Shown here one piece after another: positions 1 through 23,500 of a DNA stretch of 64,000 nt (the first letter of the stretch is position 1; each line of letters begins with the position of its first letter). The position numbers and the translations under genes were made by a program. The notes beneath the pieces were generated by a model. The model made no database searches, had not been told where the DNA came from, and saw nothing but the letters and a program-made list of their open reading frames with translations. Source of the stretch: Flaccisagitta enflata (taxonomy: Eukaryota); assembly GCA_965153355.1 (NCBI GenBank), contig OZ231126.1, forward strand, positions 31,372,001-31,436,000. Direction: 5' to 3'.

Positions 1-153
1 GTTAAATCAACAAAGATTTCTAAAGCTGATTAATATTTTATTGCTGTTTATTTATAATTGTAAATGATTGTAAAAAAAAATCTTATGATTTTATGGTAAA
101 AATTGTTGTCAATTAACACAAAAAACTGCTGTTAATTAATAACAAAATTAACA

Positions 154-1305
154 TCAGGCCCATGTGGAAGGAAGTGTAAGCTATGCAAGTTTATGCAAGT
201 GACAAACACAGTCAAGGACAAGGAGGGAAAAGCGCTGAAAATAGATTCAAAGATGGACTGCCGAACGGTTGGTGCAATATATGGAATGTTTTGTAAGAGA
301 TGTGAGAAGGTTGTTTATGTGGGGAAGACCAAGAATAATTTGGAAAAAAGTCGAAGAGACAAAGTCCCTTCGGTCTTTTTGAGTCCTGCAGAGAAAAACG
401 TATTTCCCTTTGTTTTATGAAGCGTTTGAGCAAGTTGGTGCATTTTGAGGGCAGAATGGGACTACGCATGAAATTAATAGCTAAGAAAGAGCTTATTCTG
501 TGCGATCGATAGTTTTGGAGCTATGATTTTTTAAATCTTTTTATTTTTTTTTTGCATTTTTGGCATTATTCCCAAAAACGAGAAATCGAGTCAGTTGAAG
601 TCTATATGAACTTTGAAATGTTTCAGGTGATGATTGTGCATCCTGGCAGCACAGTCTCTCTCATTTCAACTCTGGACGCTGTGAGAGGCTTTGTCCATCA
701 GTCCATCCATTGATCTGTTGGTCTGTCTATCCGTCCAAGCTGTCTAGATACTTGTGTGTGGGGGTTGATGTTGGGGTGTGGATGGGGGTTGGATGCCTGT
801 CCACCTGTCTGCAACAATATTGTAAGCCCGTGTTACATGAGGGAAGGGGAGAGAGAGAGAGAGAGAGAGAGAAAAGGGAAGAGAGAGAATGAGAGTGGGA
901 GAGAGAAAGAGAGAAGGAAAGAGAGAGAGAGACGGGCAAACAAAGAACAAACAGAGAGACACAGTAGAACGAACCAAAAAGATGCCTGGAGAAAAAAAAG
1001 GCAATTAACCAGACAAAACACAATCACAAGGAATTCCAAAACCTCGCACTTACGACTTTTTTCCTATGGCGAGAGCCGCTTTAATTGGGATAAGTGAGAG
1101 ATTCAACGCCCACAGAGCGGATATGAGATAAGAAGATGACTCGAAACCGGCATACCACTTCAAGAAGGAAAACCACAAGGAGGAGGACATGGAGGTCATT
1201 GGACTAGAGTATGTTCCAAGGAAAGATGATGTCTACAGGATTGCCCGCAAACGTTGGTGGATGAATCGAATGGGGACTTTTGAGGAGGAAAATCGAAAGA
1301 GATAG
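154..1305 (+). mobile_element. Penelope-like element GIY-YIG endonuclease relic, split by an insertion
   Basis: 154-336 encodes PCGRKCKLCKF...MDCRTVGAIYGMFCKRCEKVVYVGKT. 1090-1305 continues ISERFNAHRADMR*...AYHFKKENH...VIGLE...RWWMNRMGT, with one in-frame stop. Confidence 0.75.
337..1089 (+). mobile_element. Non-autonomous interspersed repeat inserted in the Penelope relic
   Basis: Colinear reverse-complement similarity to 10190-10880. The terminus tttggaaaaaagtcgaagagac also occurs at about 45687. Confidence 0.7.
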
Positions 1306-2412
1306 GCCTCTGGACACCCTGGGTTTTTTTTAAACTAGATACTGTAAAATGAAAAATTCGCTTCTTACATTCACCCAGGCATAGAAAGGGGGATATTCGT
1401 TCTAAAAGATGGGAGTAGGTTTAGTGCTTACCAAGTACAGCCCATTAGACAATCCTTTTGGAGGCACTACAAAAAAGTGGAATATTGGAAGTTTCTTACG
1501 GTAAAGATATTAATGAAATGAGATGAAATTAGGTCGACACACATTATTTCGTTTTACTAAATGTTTGAAAATCTGTTGTTCTCAGGCTATTACCCTTGAA
1601 AAAGTGCGTGATGCACGAAATATATCGGGATGGATTTTACAAGTCAGAAATTTTTGCTTATCTGAAAAAAATACTGTTAATTATCAGCAAAAAATTTTTA
1701 TTAATCAACAATAAAGATACACTCTTTTTTTTTTATAAGAACCTAGTTTATAAGAACATCAAGGCTTCAAATGGCCTGAAAATTAAGAACATCTTAAGAA
1801 CATACCAAGGCTTCAAATTTTGAGAAAAAAAAATTTGTATCTGTTTATTAAACACAAAAAACTGTAATCAATTAACAGCAAAAAAAACTAATGATCACAG
1901 AAAAAATGTTTGCTTAAGTGAAAGATAAGAAAGAAAAAAAATTCATAATCTAACAATAAAAATCTTTGTTAATCTGCCACTAAAAAGTATTCTTAATTAA
2001 CAGTACTTATTCAGTGCTAATTAACAGTGAAAAAGTATTGTTTAATACCAAGCATTTTTTGTGTTAATTAACCATGTTTTTACCCGTTAATTAACACTAA
2101 GAACTTCCGCATTTTTAATATTTTGATGTTAAAAATCCATATCTCTTTTGTGTTAATTAACAGGAATAAAAAACCATGTTAATTTACACAAAAAATGCCG
2201 GTTAATTAACAGCATATTGGTATTGGTTAAAGTAGTGTAAATTACCAGGGCTAAAATTGGGGATATACCAGCAAACTCTTTGGGCATGGTGGCAATTTTT
2301 CCAAGCAACAAGCTGTTGGTTGTTTCTTCTTCGCCATGATTAGCGACAAATTCAAATACTAACTTATACTAATACAGTAATACTTATATTTTTACTTAAT
2401 TTGTATACTCAC

Positions 2413-11194
<8,782 letters not shown>

Positions 11195-11552
11195 CTTTTA
11201 CTACAGAAAAGTCGATGTGAAGCAAAACAGGTTTTTTTTACCTATTGGAGGTTTTCAACACCATCTGTTAATTTCTACATTTGTTTTTTTTTAACTGTTT
11301 TTTTCTTTCTTTCTTTTGTTCTGTCTTTCTTTTTTTCTTCTTTTCTCTTTTCCCTTTTATCTATCTCCCCCAGATGTTTTTTTGTTTCTTTTGTTCTTTT
11401 GTTTATTTGTTTTTTTGTTTTTTTGTTTTTTTGAATTTTGAATTGAAACGTGATGAAATCACTTCGTTTTTTCCCTTACTTAAAAGAAACCTGTGAAAAA
11501 CAATAAAAAAGAAATTAGAATTACGTAAAGATGTAGACAGCATCCCGCTTAT

Positions 11553-11818
11553 TACGAAAAAAAAATACGAAAAAGAACCATAACGACACTGGATGCATTT
11601 TATCTAAAATAGTTTACGGAAAAAAAAAATACAAAAAAGAACCTTAATGACACTGGATGCATTTTATCTAAAATAGTTTACGGAAAAAAAAAATACAAAA
11701 AAGAACCTTAACGACACTGGATGCATTTTATCTGAAATAGTTTACGGAAAAAAAATATGGAAAAGAACCTTAATGACACTGGATGCATTTTATCTAAAAT
11801 AGTTTACGGAAAAAAATG
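11553..11818. repeat. Tandem repeat, about 63-bp unit x about 4
   Basis: aaagaacc.taa.gacactggatgcattttatct.aaatagtttacggaaaaaa is repeated. Confidence 0.9.
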
Positions 11819-11861
11819 TGTTACATGGATTCATAGTACACTCTTTTCAGTTTTTAAGGAC

Positions 11862-12267
11862 TACAGAGGAAGGAGAAATATAGGATGTGAACCCCCCTAT
11901 AACTGTAGCACCCCCCTTACAGCTCAAACTATAGCAATGAATAATAAATTTAATGTTGTTAATTAAAGCTTATGACTATACAAGTGGCACCACAAGAGCG
12001 ATTTTGCAAATTCCATTCCAGTCTCAAATTATAATTGAAAATCTTTGATTTTATAAACTTATGATAATAGTTAATTTCAATACTATATTAAGCTATATCT
12101 TTACTTGAAAAATAAAAATGAAAAATCGCTCTGGCGACGCCACTTGTATAGGTATAAACATTTTTCCTCTACCTTTAGAATGACTAAAATTTAATCGGTT
12201 AGAGCTGCAGGTGGGGGTGCTACAGTTTTCAGGGGGTTCACACCTTATGTTAACCTTCTCTCTGTAG
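11862..12267. mobile_element. Palindromic MITE, copy 1
   Basis: tacagagg...tgtgaacccc..aactgtagcacccc / ggggtgctacagtt..ggggttcaca...ctctgta, with an inner IR tatacaagtggc / gccacttgtata. Confidence 0.75.
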
Positions 12268-12485
12268 TAAAAATTTTTTTGAGGCTAGGATATCCTTAAA
12301 TTTTTGCAGATTTGAGGCTGAAATGTTCTTAATGTGTCCTTAATATTTTTTTTAGTTGTATATTGTTAACAAAATGAAAATTGTAAAAACTTGAATTTGT
12401 CTAAAAAATTGATTTGAGAATATAAAATGTTGCAATGATTAATTTGTATTTGTTTAAATAATAAACAGATTCAATGTATGATAAA

Positions 12486-12890
12486 TACAGAGGAAGGAGA
12501 AATATAAGATGTGAACCCCCTAAAACTGTAGCACCCCCCCTTACAGATCAAATTAAAGTAATAATCAGTTTGTACTGGGTTTTAAATCATAGCTTAGGTT
12601 TATACAAGTGGTGCCACCAGGGCGATTTTGAAATTTCCACTTCAGTACAAAGTTATGGCACAAAAACCTTGATTATATGAATATTTGAAAATAGCTTATT
12701 TTGATATGTTTATAAGTTATATTTTGAGTTAGAGGTAAAAATTCAAAAATCGCTCTGGTGGCGCCACTTTTATTGATACAAATATTAATTTTATATCCCA
12801 AAAATCTCTGTAATATAATTAGTTAGAGCTGTAGGTGGGGGTGCTACAGTTTTTAGGGGGTTCACACCTTGTATCTAGCACTTATCAGTA
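12486..12890. mobile_element. Palindromic MITE, copy 2 of the same family
   Basis: Same TIR and inner IR blocks as 11862-12267. Confidence 0.75.
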
Positions 12891-12928
12891 CAAAAATTAC
12901 TTTTTCTTTTTTGAAGATTCATTTTGTA

Positions 12929-13905
12929 CAGTGCGGCTCAAAAAAAAGTTTTAGGTCTTTTACACGTTATATTGCAGGTATTTATTGATAGATCTTAAAG
13001 AGTTTTAAAAAATGAAGCATATGCCGCCAAGCACAATTATGTCGGTCAAAAGGTTTGAAAGAAAAAGAAGTTTGAAGTTGATGTCCCAAAAATCTGTTGG
13101 GAAAAAAGCTAACTTTGGCAACAAAAAAAATTGAACTGCTTGTTTGTCAGTGTTTCACATCCAAGCAATGAGAAAAACATAGCATGATCCATGACCATTT
13201 TGAAGCTCTGCGAAAGACCTTTCAAATGAGACCTTGCTGGATGTCCTTGCTCTATCAGTTTAGAAATGGCATTAGGATGAAGACAGGTGGTAAATAATTT
13301 TGAAATCAACTATGTGATTTTCATAGCTTATCTTTATTCTAACATAAAAGTTAAACGCATTAAAAAGATTAAAAAATTTGTTCTTGGCGCCATTTTGAAG
13401 AAAATTTGAAGCTCTTCAATTTGCTCATGGATAAAGAGTAGCTAAGATAATCTTGAGCTGCATCATTGTCAAAAACGGAAAAACTAAAATTGTTCATTCG
13501 AAAAACATGAAATGAGCATTTTTTTCAATCAGTGATTTTTGTTTTCAAACCTTTGCCATTTCTAAACGAATAAAGCTACAGTGACCAGCAACGTCCCATT
13601 TGGAAGATTTTTCGCAGAGCTTTCAAATGGTCATGGATTTTTTATGGTTCTGGCCCACAGTTAAGCAGTTTAGTGCTCGCTTTCGATGGACTTTAAGGGA
13701 TTAAGGTGATGAAACCTCAAAAACACCCTTGCAACTTTTTTTTTTCTATACTGCACCATTTTTCACTTTCTAGTCAAACTGTGAAGGTCCATTCAAATAT
13801 TGTAGTCTAAATTATAGATTATAAAGAAAAAATAATTAAAAGGTTATGTTTATTGCTATAAAATAGGATTCAATACTACCTAAAACTTTTTTTTGAGCCG
13901 CACTG
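12929..13905. mobile_element. Non-autonomous Tc1/mariner-type element
   Basis: 28-bp TIR cagtgcggctcaaaaaaaagttttaggt / acctaaaacttttttttgagccgcactg, flanked by TA on both sides. Confidence 0.85.
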
Positions 13906-14702
13906 TAAACAATGATTTTGAATTTGAGGCTGGGGGTTGTGTTTAAAATGTCCTTTAATTTTAAGAAAATTTCAGCCTTATGTCCTTATAAACTTTGTCC
14001 TTACTCAATAAAAAAGGCACATTTCGTCAACGCAATTTATAACGAATTACAAGACTGTTAGATTGTGTTCTTTATATGATAAGTGGATTTCAGTTTTTGC
14101 CAACTTAAGAATCAGAAAGCATGCAGGAACTAGAATTTGTGTCCATTATACTCGGATCTCTGTTATTTTTTTATCCGTTTTTGCGGAATGTAACTGTATT
14201 TGCGGTTGACAGTTGATTAGCAAAAAAAAAAAAAAAAAAGATGTATGTCGCGATGGCACGGAGACTGAGCAGCCAGACAGACAGACAGATGGGCAAACAA
14301 GCCGACCAACCAACGCGCCGCCCGTTATATTGTTCACAAAAACGACATGAAAAATGTGAGCGTAAAATGTTACATGTTCTTTTTGGTTGCACTGCGGAGA
14401 TGAACCTGCTTAGGATGGGTTCATCCTAGAATCACGACTAGGTCTAGGTCTAGGTCTAGGTCTATTTTTTAAGTCGCGTGCGCGTGACTCTACAATCCGC
14501 TTTGTCCGTCCATCTGTCGGTCCGTCAGCCCGTCCGTCAGTCCGCAAATCTTTACTTTTTTACTACTCTAAGTCATTTTAAGTCATCTTAGGTCATTTTT
14601 AGTCATTCTATATCATTCTAAGTCGTTCTAAGTCGTTCTAAGTCATTTTAGGTCATTTTGAGTTATATTAAGTCACTCAACTTAAGTAAAGTCAATTAGA
14701 GC

Positions 14703-15315
14703 TTTTTGGGCAGCGGCCCCAAAGGGCCGATGTCCTGTAGGACACAAGGGTGAATTTCCAGACGTCCGTACGTACGTACGTCCCCCCCCCAAGGCTAGTC
14801 CAGCCCCTCTTGGGCCTCAAATAAGCCCTGTCAAGCCCCAAATAAGCCCTGTCAAGCCCCAGATCAGCCCTTTCAGGCCCCAAATCAGCCCTTTCAGGCC
14901 CCAAATCAGCCCTCTCACACCCCAAATCAGCTCTCTCAGGCCCCTTATCAACCTTCTCAGGCCCCAAATTAAACCTTCTCAGGCCCCAAATCAGCCCACT
15001 TATGCTCCAAGTTAGCCTCCTCAGGCCCCAAATCAGCCCTATCACATCAAAAATTAACCCTTTCAGATCAGAAAGCAACCCTCTGAGGTCCAAAATGAGC
15101 TCTCAGGCCCAAAATCAGCCCCTTCGACCCCCTGCTCCAAGGAATCAAATGCCTTCAAACGTGGCCCCTCAGGACGTCTGGAAATTCACCCCTGTGTCCT
15201 ACAGGACATCGGCCCTTTGGGGCCGCTGCCCTGCTCTCACCTCACTGTTTCTACTGATCACTCCAAGCAGGGCATCGGGTACCGCTGACCATGCGCGATC
15301 CTTGGATGACTAGTT
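14703..15315 (+). mobile_element. Same IR + 21-bp minisatellite family, nested in a HINE-like element (about 14465-15410)
   Basis: Inverted repeats at 14708-14765 and 15172-15232; internal (ggccccaaatcagccct)n; same tail as 4835-4900. Confidence 0.75.
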
Positions 15316-15728
15316 ATCTTTTCATGTCTTTTTAAGTCATTTGATGTCTTTTTAAATCATCTTAAGGTATCTATGTCCCGCACGCGACTTATAGGTGTTA
15401 GCCTTGTTTCACAGAATGGCAAAATCAAATATGAAATCAAATACCGCAGTCAGTCAGTTAGTCAGACAGTTAGTGAGGATCCAACAAGGCCATCTTTTAT
15501 TTATTTCTGCTCGGGTATAGCTATACTGAGGGATATTGTTCCATGATCCGCCTATCATACGGTTAAATCCCGCTCTAAGGGGTTTTAAGGGACAAACAAA
15601 CTTTATCTGATGTAGGCGGAAGTTTTTTATAGCGAATATAAGTAATAAAAGAAACTAGGTTAACGGGACCAATAAGAAGCATCTGCCATCTTAAAAGCGG
15701 GTTCGTTGAAGCGGGGTTCAACTGTATG

Positions 15729-16690
15729 TTATGAAAGTTGAAACAACATTGCCCTTACAAAAGGAGGCCAGAATTCTCCAATTTACAAAGGATGAAAGCC
15801 TTGCAAGCTTTCAATGGTGTTTACTCCGGATTGCTCACAACTATCCATTATTACAAACAAACAAAATAAGATGCTTACCTGACAAAACTATCAGCTTGAC
15901 TGCATACCTCATTAGTATAGGGTCGGACAGGCCTATACCATTTAGTATACACAAAATATCTTACAAAAGTAACAATCAAAAATTACTAATGTACTGGTGG
16001 AAGTACTGACACTAGCAATATTGATAAGAAAACCATACCCTTAGAGGCAAGAATCGAGGTACAACCATATGGGACCGCCGGCATTCTCTACCAAGGTACT
16101 GATACTTATGAAAGTTGAAACAACATTGCCCTTACAAAAGGAGGCCAGAATTCTCCAATTTACAAAGGATGAAAGCCTTGCAAGCTTTCAATGGTGTTTA
16201 CTCCGGATTGCTCACAACTATCCATTATTACAAACAAACAAAATAAGATGCTTACCTGACAAAACTATCAGCTTGACTGCATACCTCATTAGTATAGGGT
16301 CGGACAGGCCTATACCATTTAGTATACACAAAATATCTTACAAAAGTAACAATCAAAAATTACTAATGTACTGGTGGAAGTACTGACACTAGCAATATTG
16401 ATTAGAAAACCATACCCTTAGAGGCAAGAATCGAGGTACAACCATATGGGACCGCCGGCATTCTCTACCAAGGTACTGATACTTATGAAAGTTGAAACAA
16501 CATTGCCCTTACAAAAGGAGGCCAGAATTCTCCAATTTACAAAGGATGAAAGCCTTGCAAGCTTTCAATGGTGTTTACTCCGGATTGCTCACAACTATCC
16601 ATTATTACAAACAAACAAAATAAGATGCTTACCTGACAAAACTATCAGCTTGACTGCATACCTCATTAGTATAGGGTCGGACAGGCCTAT
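15729..16690. repeat. 377-bp tandem repeat, about 2.55 near-identical copies
   Basis: The same peptide MKVETTLPLQ... starts at 15731, 16108 and 16485. One visible difference between units (gataaga/gattaga). Confidence 0.95.
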
Positions 16691-19600
16691 GTTAGATTCA
16701 TTTTAAAACGTTCTGATCTGGCGAGAACAGATTTGATGAATTCAATCCTTGATAAAGCTACTACCAACTGAAAAATTAACAAAAAATCCTACAACGGGAC
16801 TTTGGGATTATGGTATGGATGGGACTGGATATTTATGACCATAAGAGAGGGGGAGTGTTATCATGAAATTTAATAATCTTTATCTCATAATCACGATATA
16901 AAGTTATATTCATATTAAAAGATTGATGCTAACAAGAAATTTAGATGTGATTTATAATGGATAAAGATGGATTTTTGATAATTCCAAGGATAGTTGTGAG
17001 GTGTGCGCATGAAACACCAGTAAGAGCTCACAAGGCTCTTGTCCTTATTTTATTTTTGGTTGTAATGTAATGACTAATGTTGTCCAAGTCATATAGTTTA
17101 GTACCTTGGTTAAGAATGCCGGCGGTCCCAGTAAGGTTGACTCTCGATTCATGCCTTTATGTTATGGTTTCTTCACAACCTTGCCTTTGGTAACTACATT
17201 GCACTAAGGGCGTTTTTTAAGTGATTAGGCGAATAAATAGTAAATTTCTTTTGTCAATTTTTGATGGGTATACCTTTAGATAGGCCTTGTAGAAAGTGAT
17301 CTGCACCAGTTTTGTAAAATACTTTATCTTGCATTACTCAGAAAGTAACTTAAACTATTGTTTTCCTCTTTATATCATTACTAAGAAAGAAACAAAATCC
17401 ATTGCCGCCTTTTGCCATGGAAAACTTAGGCTCTACCTGTAGCTATGGCTACAACGATTCCAAGTTTAAAGTCTGAAGATACACTTTTTATCACTTTAGG
17501 AGATATTGCACATGGAATTAAGTTGCAATATCTGTTCATTGCCTGCTGGAAATCAATCATCGCATCTTTCATTGATAATTTCACCCAAAAAAGGCAGCAG
17601 AGGGACAGGAGAGACAGGAGATGCTGCAGGGGTGGTGATAGTACTTTGTTTTCATTGCACTTTTCTGCAATTACAAGGGCGGTCTCTATGTACCAAAGTA
17701 TGAATTATTTCTTTCACAGACAGATGGTACAGACGGGTCCCATGCTTAAATAGGCGTCCGTGCATTGTCTTTTGATGATATACTTATCCTTTGGTAATTT
17801 GTTTTGCTCAAATCTGGATAAATATTAGTTACTATTGAGAGTACTATAGTACTAATTGAGAGTTTAGGTTGACCCAGAGTAACTTGGTGGATTGTCCTCA
17901 ATTTGTGGGAAAATCTTGATTTAAGGTTATGGATGTTATGAGCATTTTACAATGGGAAGATCAGATAGGTGTGCGGGATGCATGGGTCACAATTCAGCAC
18001 ACAAATCTGGTACTCTTTCTTGTCACTTGCACATTTCATAAATAGCTGACAATTATAGGTTTTTCTTGCTGTTGATTTGTTTCTGTTGAGCCACTCTTTG
18101 GTAAGGGTTAAGATGGATTTTTGATGATTCTAAGGATAGCTGTGAGGGGTGCGCATGAAACACCAGTAAGAGCTCCCAAGGCTCTTGTCCTTATTTTATT
18201 TTTGGTTGTTATGTAATGTTGTCCAAGTCATAAGATTAGTTATTGATAATTTTCTTTTCGAAAAATTGCTTTATTGATAGTTTTCAAGGTTCAGTAATTT
18301 GTCATTATAAAAGGTGAAATTGCTAAAAGGGCCCAAAAACTTGACCTGAAAAGGCGAGTCACTGTAAAAGCAGTGGCTTTTAAGCAGGGGCATTTCAGTA
18401 TTGAATAGCAGCCCAAAGGCACTAAATGGTCAGCGGTACCTGTGCCCTGCTTGAGAAGTGTGTGATTTTGGGGGAGCAGGGCAGCTACCCCGAAGGGGAC
18501 GAAGTCCTGTTGAACACCGGGGGAATCTGTCCGTCCATACGTCTGTCCATCCGCCTCTTCATCCATTCTTTCGTCCCACAAAGGGGAAATCTTTCTATCC
18601 GTCCGTCAGTTCTGCCAAATAGCCCAAATCCTAGCTACATGGCCCAAATCTAAGCATAACGGCCCAAATCCAGGGAAAATAGCCCAAATCTGGTCAGAAT
18701 CTAGGTATCGAAAGCCACAATAAAGGTCTAAGGGGCTAAAATGATGGACCTCAGGCCAGAATTGGGGTTTTCTGACTAGATTTGGACCATTTTGCTTGGA
18801 TTTGGGCCATTATGCTTGGATTTGGGCCATTTTGATTAGATTTGGAGCATATTTCTTGGATTTGGGCTATTTGGCAGAATTTGGGTCAGAATAGGCGCCA
18901 AAGGAGATGAAGCCCTTAGGATGGGGCGGGGGGACACACAGACGGACGTATGGACAGATTCCCCCTGTGTTCTACAGGACTTCGTCTCCTTCGGGGTCGC
19001 TGCCCAAAAAACCTGAAAAAATTGTGGGACTTAAGTACCTCTTTAAAGGTGGGCACCTATAAAGAGGCATGGTTAATTTGTTATGGATGTGGGGTTCACT
19101 GTACTGTACCAATTGAGTTAGAATGAAGTATACTTTAAGTTAGCTACTGACAAACTTTCCCCACGACGCGACGCATCGCGTTTTGGAATCAATGATTTTT
19201 TTCCCCAAAAAGCAATAAAACAGTGTAAATACGGGGGGGGGGAACTCAATTATATACAGGCCCGGACAAACCATCAAGCACGAGAATAAAGTATTCTTAT
19301 GTGATTTTGCTACTTTTGAAGGTTAAAAAAAGTTTTCTCCGATGTTAGCCGCGAATAAGACTAAAAAAATGATACCAAAAAAGCGATAAGCGTGAAAGCA
19401 TCCTTTCACTCTAAAGGTTACCGCTCTGGGATTCTCTGTATGTTGTCGCTGTATTTAAAAAAGAACAGTTGTCTTTTATTTTTCTATCCAAAAAATTAAT
19501 AACCATTCTTACGCGAAGACGCTTAAAATGGTTAAGATATTACCGAGGGGAGGTCTCGAAGCAGGTCATCCCAAACTATCTCATAAATTCGGTCAAAATA

Positions 19601-22450
19601 TAGGAAGAAATATACAGACAGTGACAGGGGAACAATGGTAAGAACATTTCCCCCCCCCCCACCCCATTTTCAATTGATTGTTTCTTAAGCTGAGGTAAAT
19701 CCTTTGAGCAGTACTAAGCCATTGATTTACAGCATTTAAAGAAATAAGATGTGACGAACAGACTGACAGACAGACACACTGACGATCCGATCGATGTGTC
19801 GACGTAGCGGAGCAATGCGTTGCATTGAAACCTTAGGATGAGGAAACAAGTGGTTGAGTGCAGTGCTATTTTCTGATTTACAAAACCGACCATTAATCGA
19901 ATTTGATTTTGAAACAGAGAACTAATTCCCAATTTACCGATGGGTTTTTCCTGCTCGCTCCGATGAAGGGCGTAAGGGTTACCTTGCTCGTGCCATTCAG
20001 CTCGTTTGCTTAATTCACAAACATTGCCTCTGTACTCCAAAATATCAGTTCGTCCGATGCTTGGTCTATGAAAAGTATGCGTAAGTTGGTTTCAACCTTG
20101 GCAACAATTGCTGAGACTGCAACATTAAATGGTTTCACTATCTAAAGATTTTCTGAAGTCATTCCAGGTTTGCAATAGCAATCAGCTCTTTTACAATAGT
20201 TGCCGAATCTTTTTTTCTTTTTTTTCTCCGAATCTGTTATCACAAAAGTCTGAAGAACCTTTAAAAACGATTTCATCCTACTGGGTCAACAAGAACCTCA
20301 TGAAGAGTTACGCCTCTTGAATAGGTACGCCATTGTTAGTTTTACTTCTAATAGTAATAGATGCAATCCCAACAATTTTTGAACAGATGTTAGATCCCTT
20401 TATTACCGCAAGCGAATAACTACTCCTCAGCTACTACAATATTCATATTGAGTTTTGAGGTTTTTGGTTGCTTCATTGTTTAGCTGTTCATGATTCATCT
20501 AACTAAAATGTATTTTCGACTCAGTATGAACTTCTCTGAAACAATTGAATGCCCCTTGTCCAAACGGGTTTAATTCGAGTTTAACTTCCATAAAGAATTC
20601 ATTAAAAATTTTGATTAAAAGTAAGAAAAAGAAAGTGGAAAAAGGGAATGAATAACACAAAGATTTCATAATCGACGAGTTTTAAATTAGATTCTTTTCT
20701 TTTCTTTTTTTTTTTTTTTAAATTGAAAATGAAAATGTTGTTACGTGAGTTGTTGGTGTAATCGGTGGTGATTTCAAACTGCAACTTTCGGTGATGAAGC
20801 GCTGCTCTAAAATGTAGCTTTTTTATCAATTTCCGGGAAGAACTTAAACGAAAACTTGAGTTTCCCTTACACTTTGATGAGAATGTTGTTGCAAAAGCTT
20901 GACCAACGGTTATTGGTAATCTAGTGTTGTGGGATAGTGGTTTAACCGGTTTCCATATGAGGTCAATTGGACTTCAAAGCTATGGCTTTGCTCTGTAGTT
21001 ATGTACCTAGGCCTCACGGTTGGATTAAGACCAAAAAATTAGAATAAATTGGAATCAGAGTGAGAAAACGGAGTGAAAATATGATCTGAAAATACAGTTT
21101 TCGCTTATGAATGACTAAATCTTTTTATTGTCATTTTGTCCAGTGACTCACCCCAGATAATTGGTGGAAATACAATGGATTTTGCAAGATGACTCCACAA
21201 ATGCGGATGTCAATTTCTGGTCTTAGGGTCAAATTATCATATAATCAGTTTTAGTTTTAGTTTATCCTAAAAATATCAAATATTGTATTTCAGAATAGCT
21301 TCAATGTATGGACACACCAACAGACAAACTAGCCAACCAGTAGAAAAAATTATCTGCTTAAACAGTTAAAATAGCGCATTTAAAAACCAAAGTTGGTTTT
21401 GCAATGAGACTTCTTCAGCTGTAAAACGTTAGAATTCTGTAGGCCATACAACCTCACATACACAGAAGCATTTTAAGATGTAATCCCTTTGAAAAAGCCC
21501 TCAGGCCTAAATTTTGCTCAAAGAAGGAACTTTTAAGCAGAATCCATGGGAATAAAATCAAAATACAACCGCAACGGTGGAGTTTTCGTCAAAGATCATT
21601 CTATTTCCAATAAAAAGCCAGTTTGAGAAGCGTGGACTGCAATACAATATAACTCCAATAGGAATACAAGCATTTCTTTTCGCCATCAATTAGCAATTAA
21701 ACTTGCGTATGATCTGATGAGCGTCCAAGAAATCAAGTTTCAAAACTGGACAGGAAAATGAAAATGAGATCATTTGTCTTCCGCCGATTTTTTTTTCTTA
21801 GCTCGAAAGTCAACTTGTACAAGTTTTAGGTGTTACATTCCGAGTTAGAACAAGCATCAAACAAGAAACGCCGCTCGCTGTAACGTTGTCCTGTTTTAGG
21901 TTATCTCGTGCGGTCTTCAGTTTACTCAATAATTTCGTTTGTATGGTCAACCAATATCACACTAAGGCGTTGAGTAACAAGCTGAAACAATCTTGAAATG
22001 AGGTAATGGTGCACGTGTCAAAAATCTCGCAAGCTTAACCCTGATAATTGGCCTGAGGAATTTTTGCATGATGCAGTCTGAATAATGGCTACAACATCAA
22101 ACACGAAAGTTGAATTAAAGGTACTTATGGCGCAGTAGGAAGAAAAGTCGTAAATTTAAAACTTGTTCCCTGTTATCATCCTCCCTCTTTCTACTCCCTC
22201 ACTGTCTCACACATCAGATGCACGGACGGACAGACTATCGGATCAGCAAAGCGTGGCTTAGAGTAAGAAAAGAAAATGTTTTTCTTTTTGTCTGTGAAAT
22301 TAATGCGTAGTACTCATTGAATCTCATTGAGTACATTTTGTAAGGTTAGATCTGAGTTGCGAAAGAGAAACTCTTGACCTCAAATCGAAGACAGAACCGG
22401 TTTCACTTCATTTACCTTCCAACTTTCTATCCTTTTCTTGCTTTTCAACG

Positions 22451-23500
<1,050 letters not shown>

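Noticed and set aside
11553-11818. Regularly spaced repeats resembling a CRISPR array (also 29500-30050)
   Set aside because: Whole units repeat with no unique spacers, the context is eukaryotic, and no cas genes are present.
15731-16706. Three repeated 86-105 aa ORFs suggesting a tandem gene family
   Set aside because: By-product of the 377-bp tandem repeat; no recognisable domain or splice structure.
19900-22150. Possible decayed coding sequence (e.g. minus-strand MEVKLELNPFGQGAF, faintly alpha-kinase-like)
   Set aside because: Many stops, no second supporting motif and no exon chain; cannot be assigned without a search.
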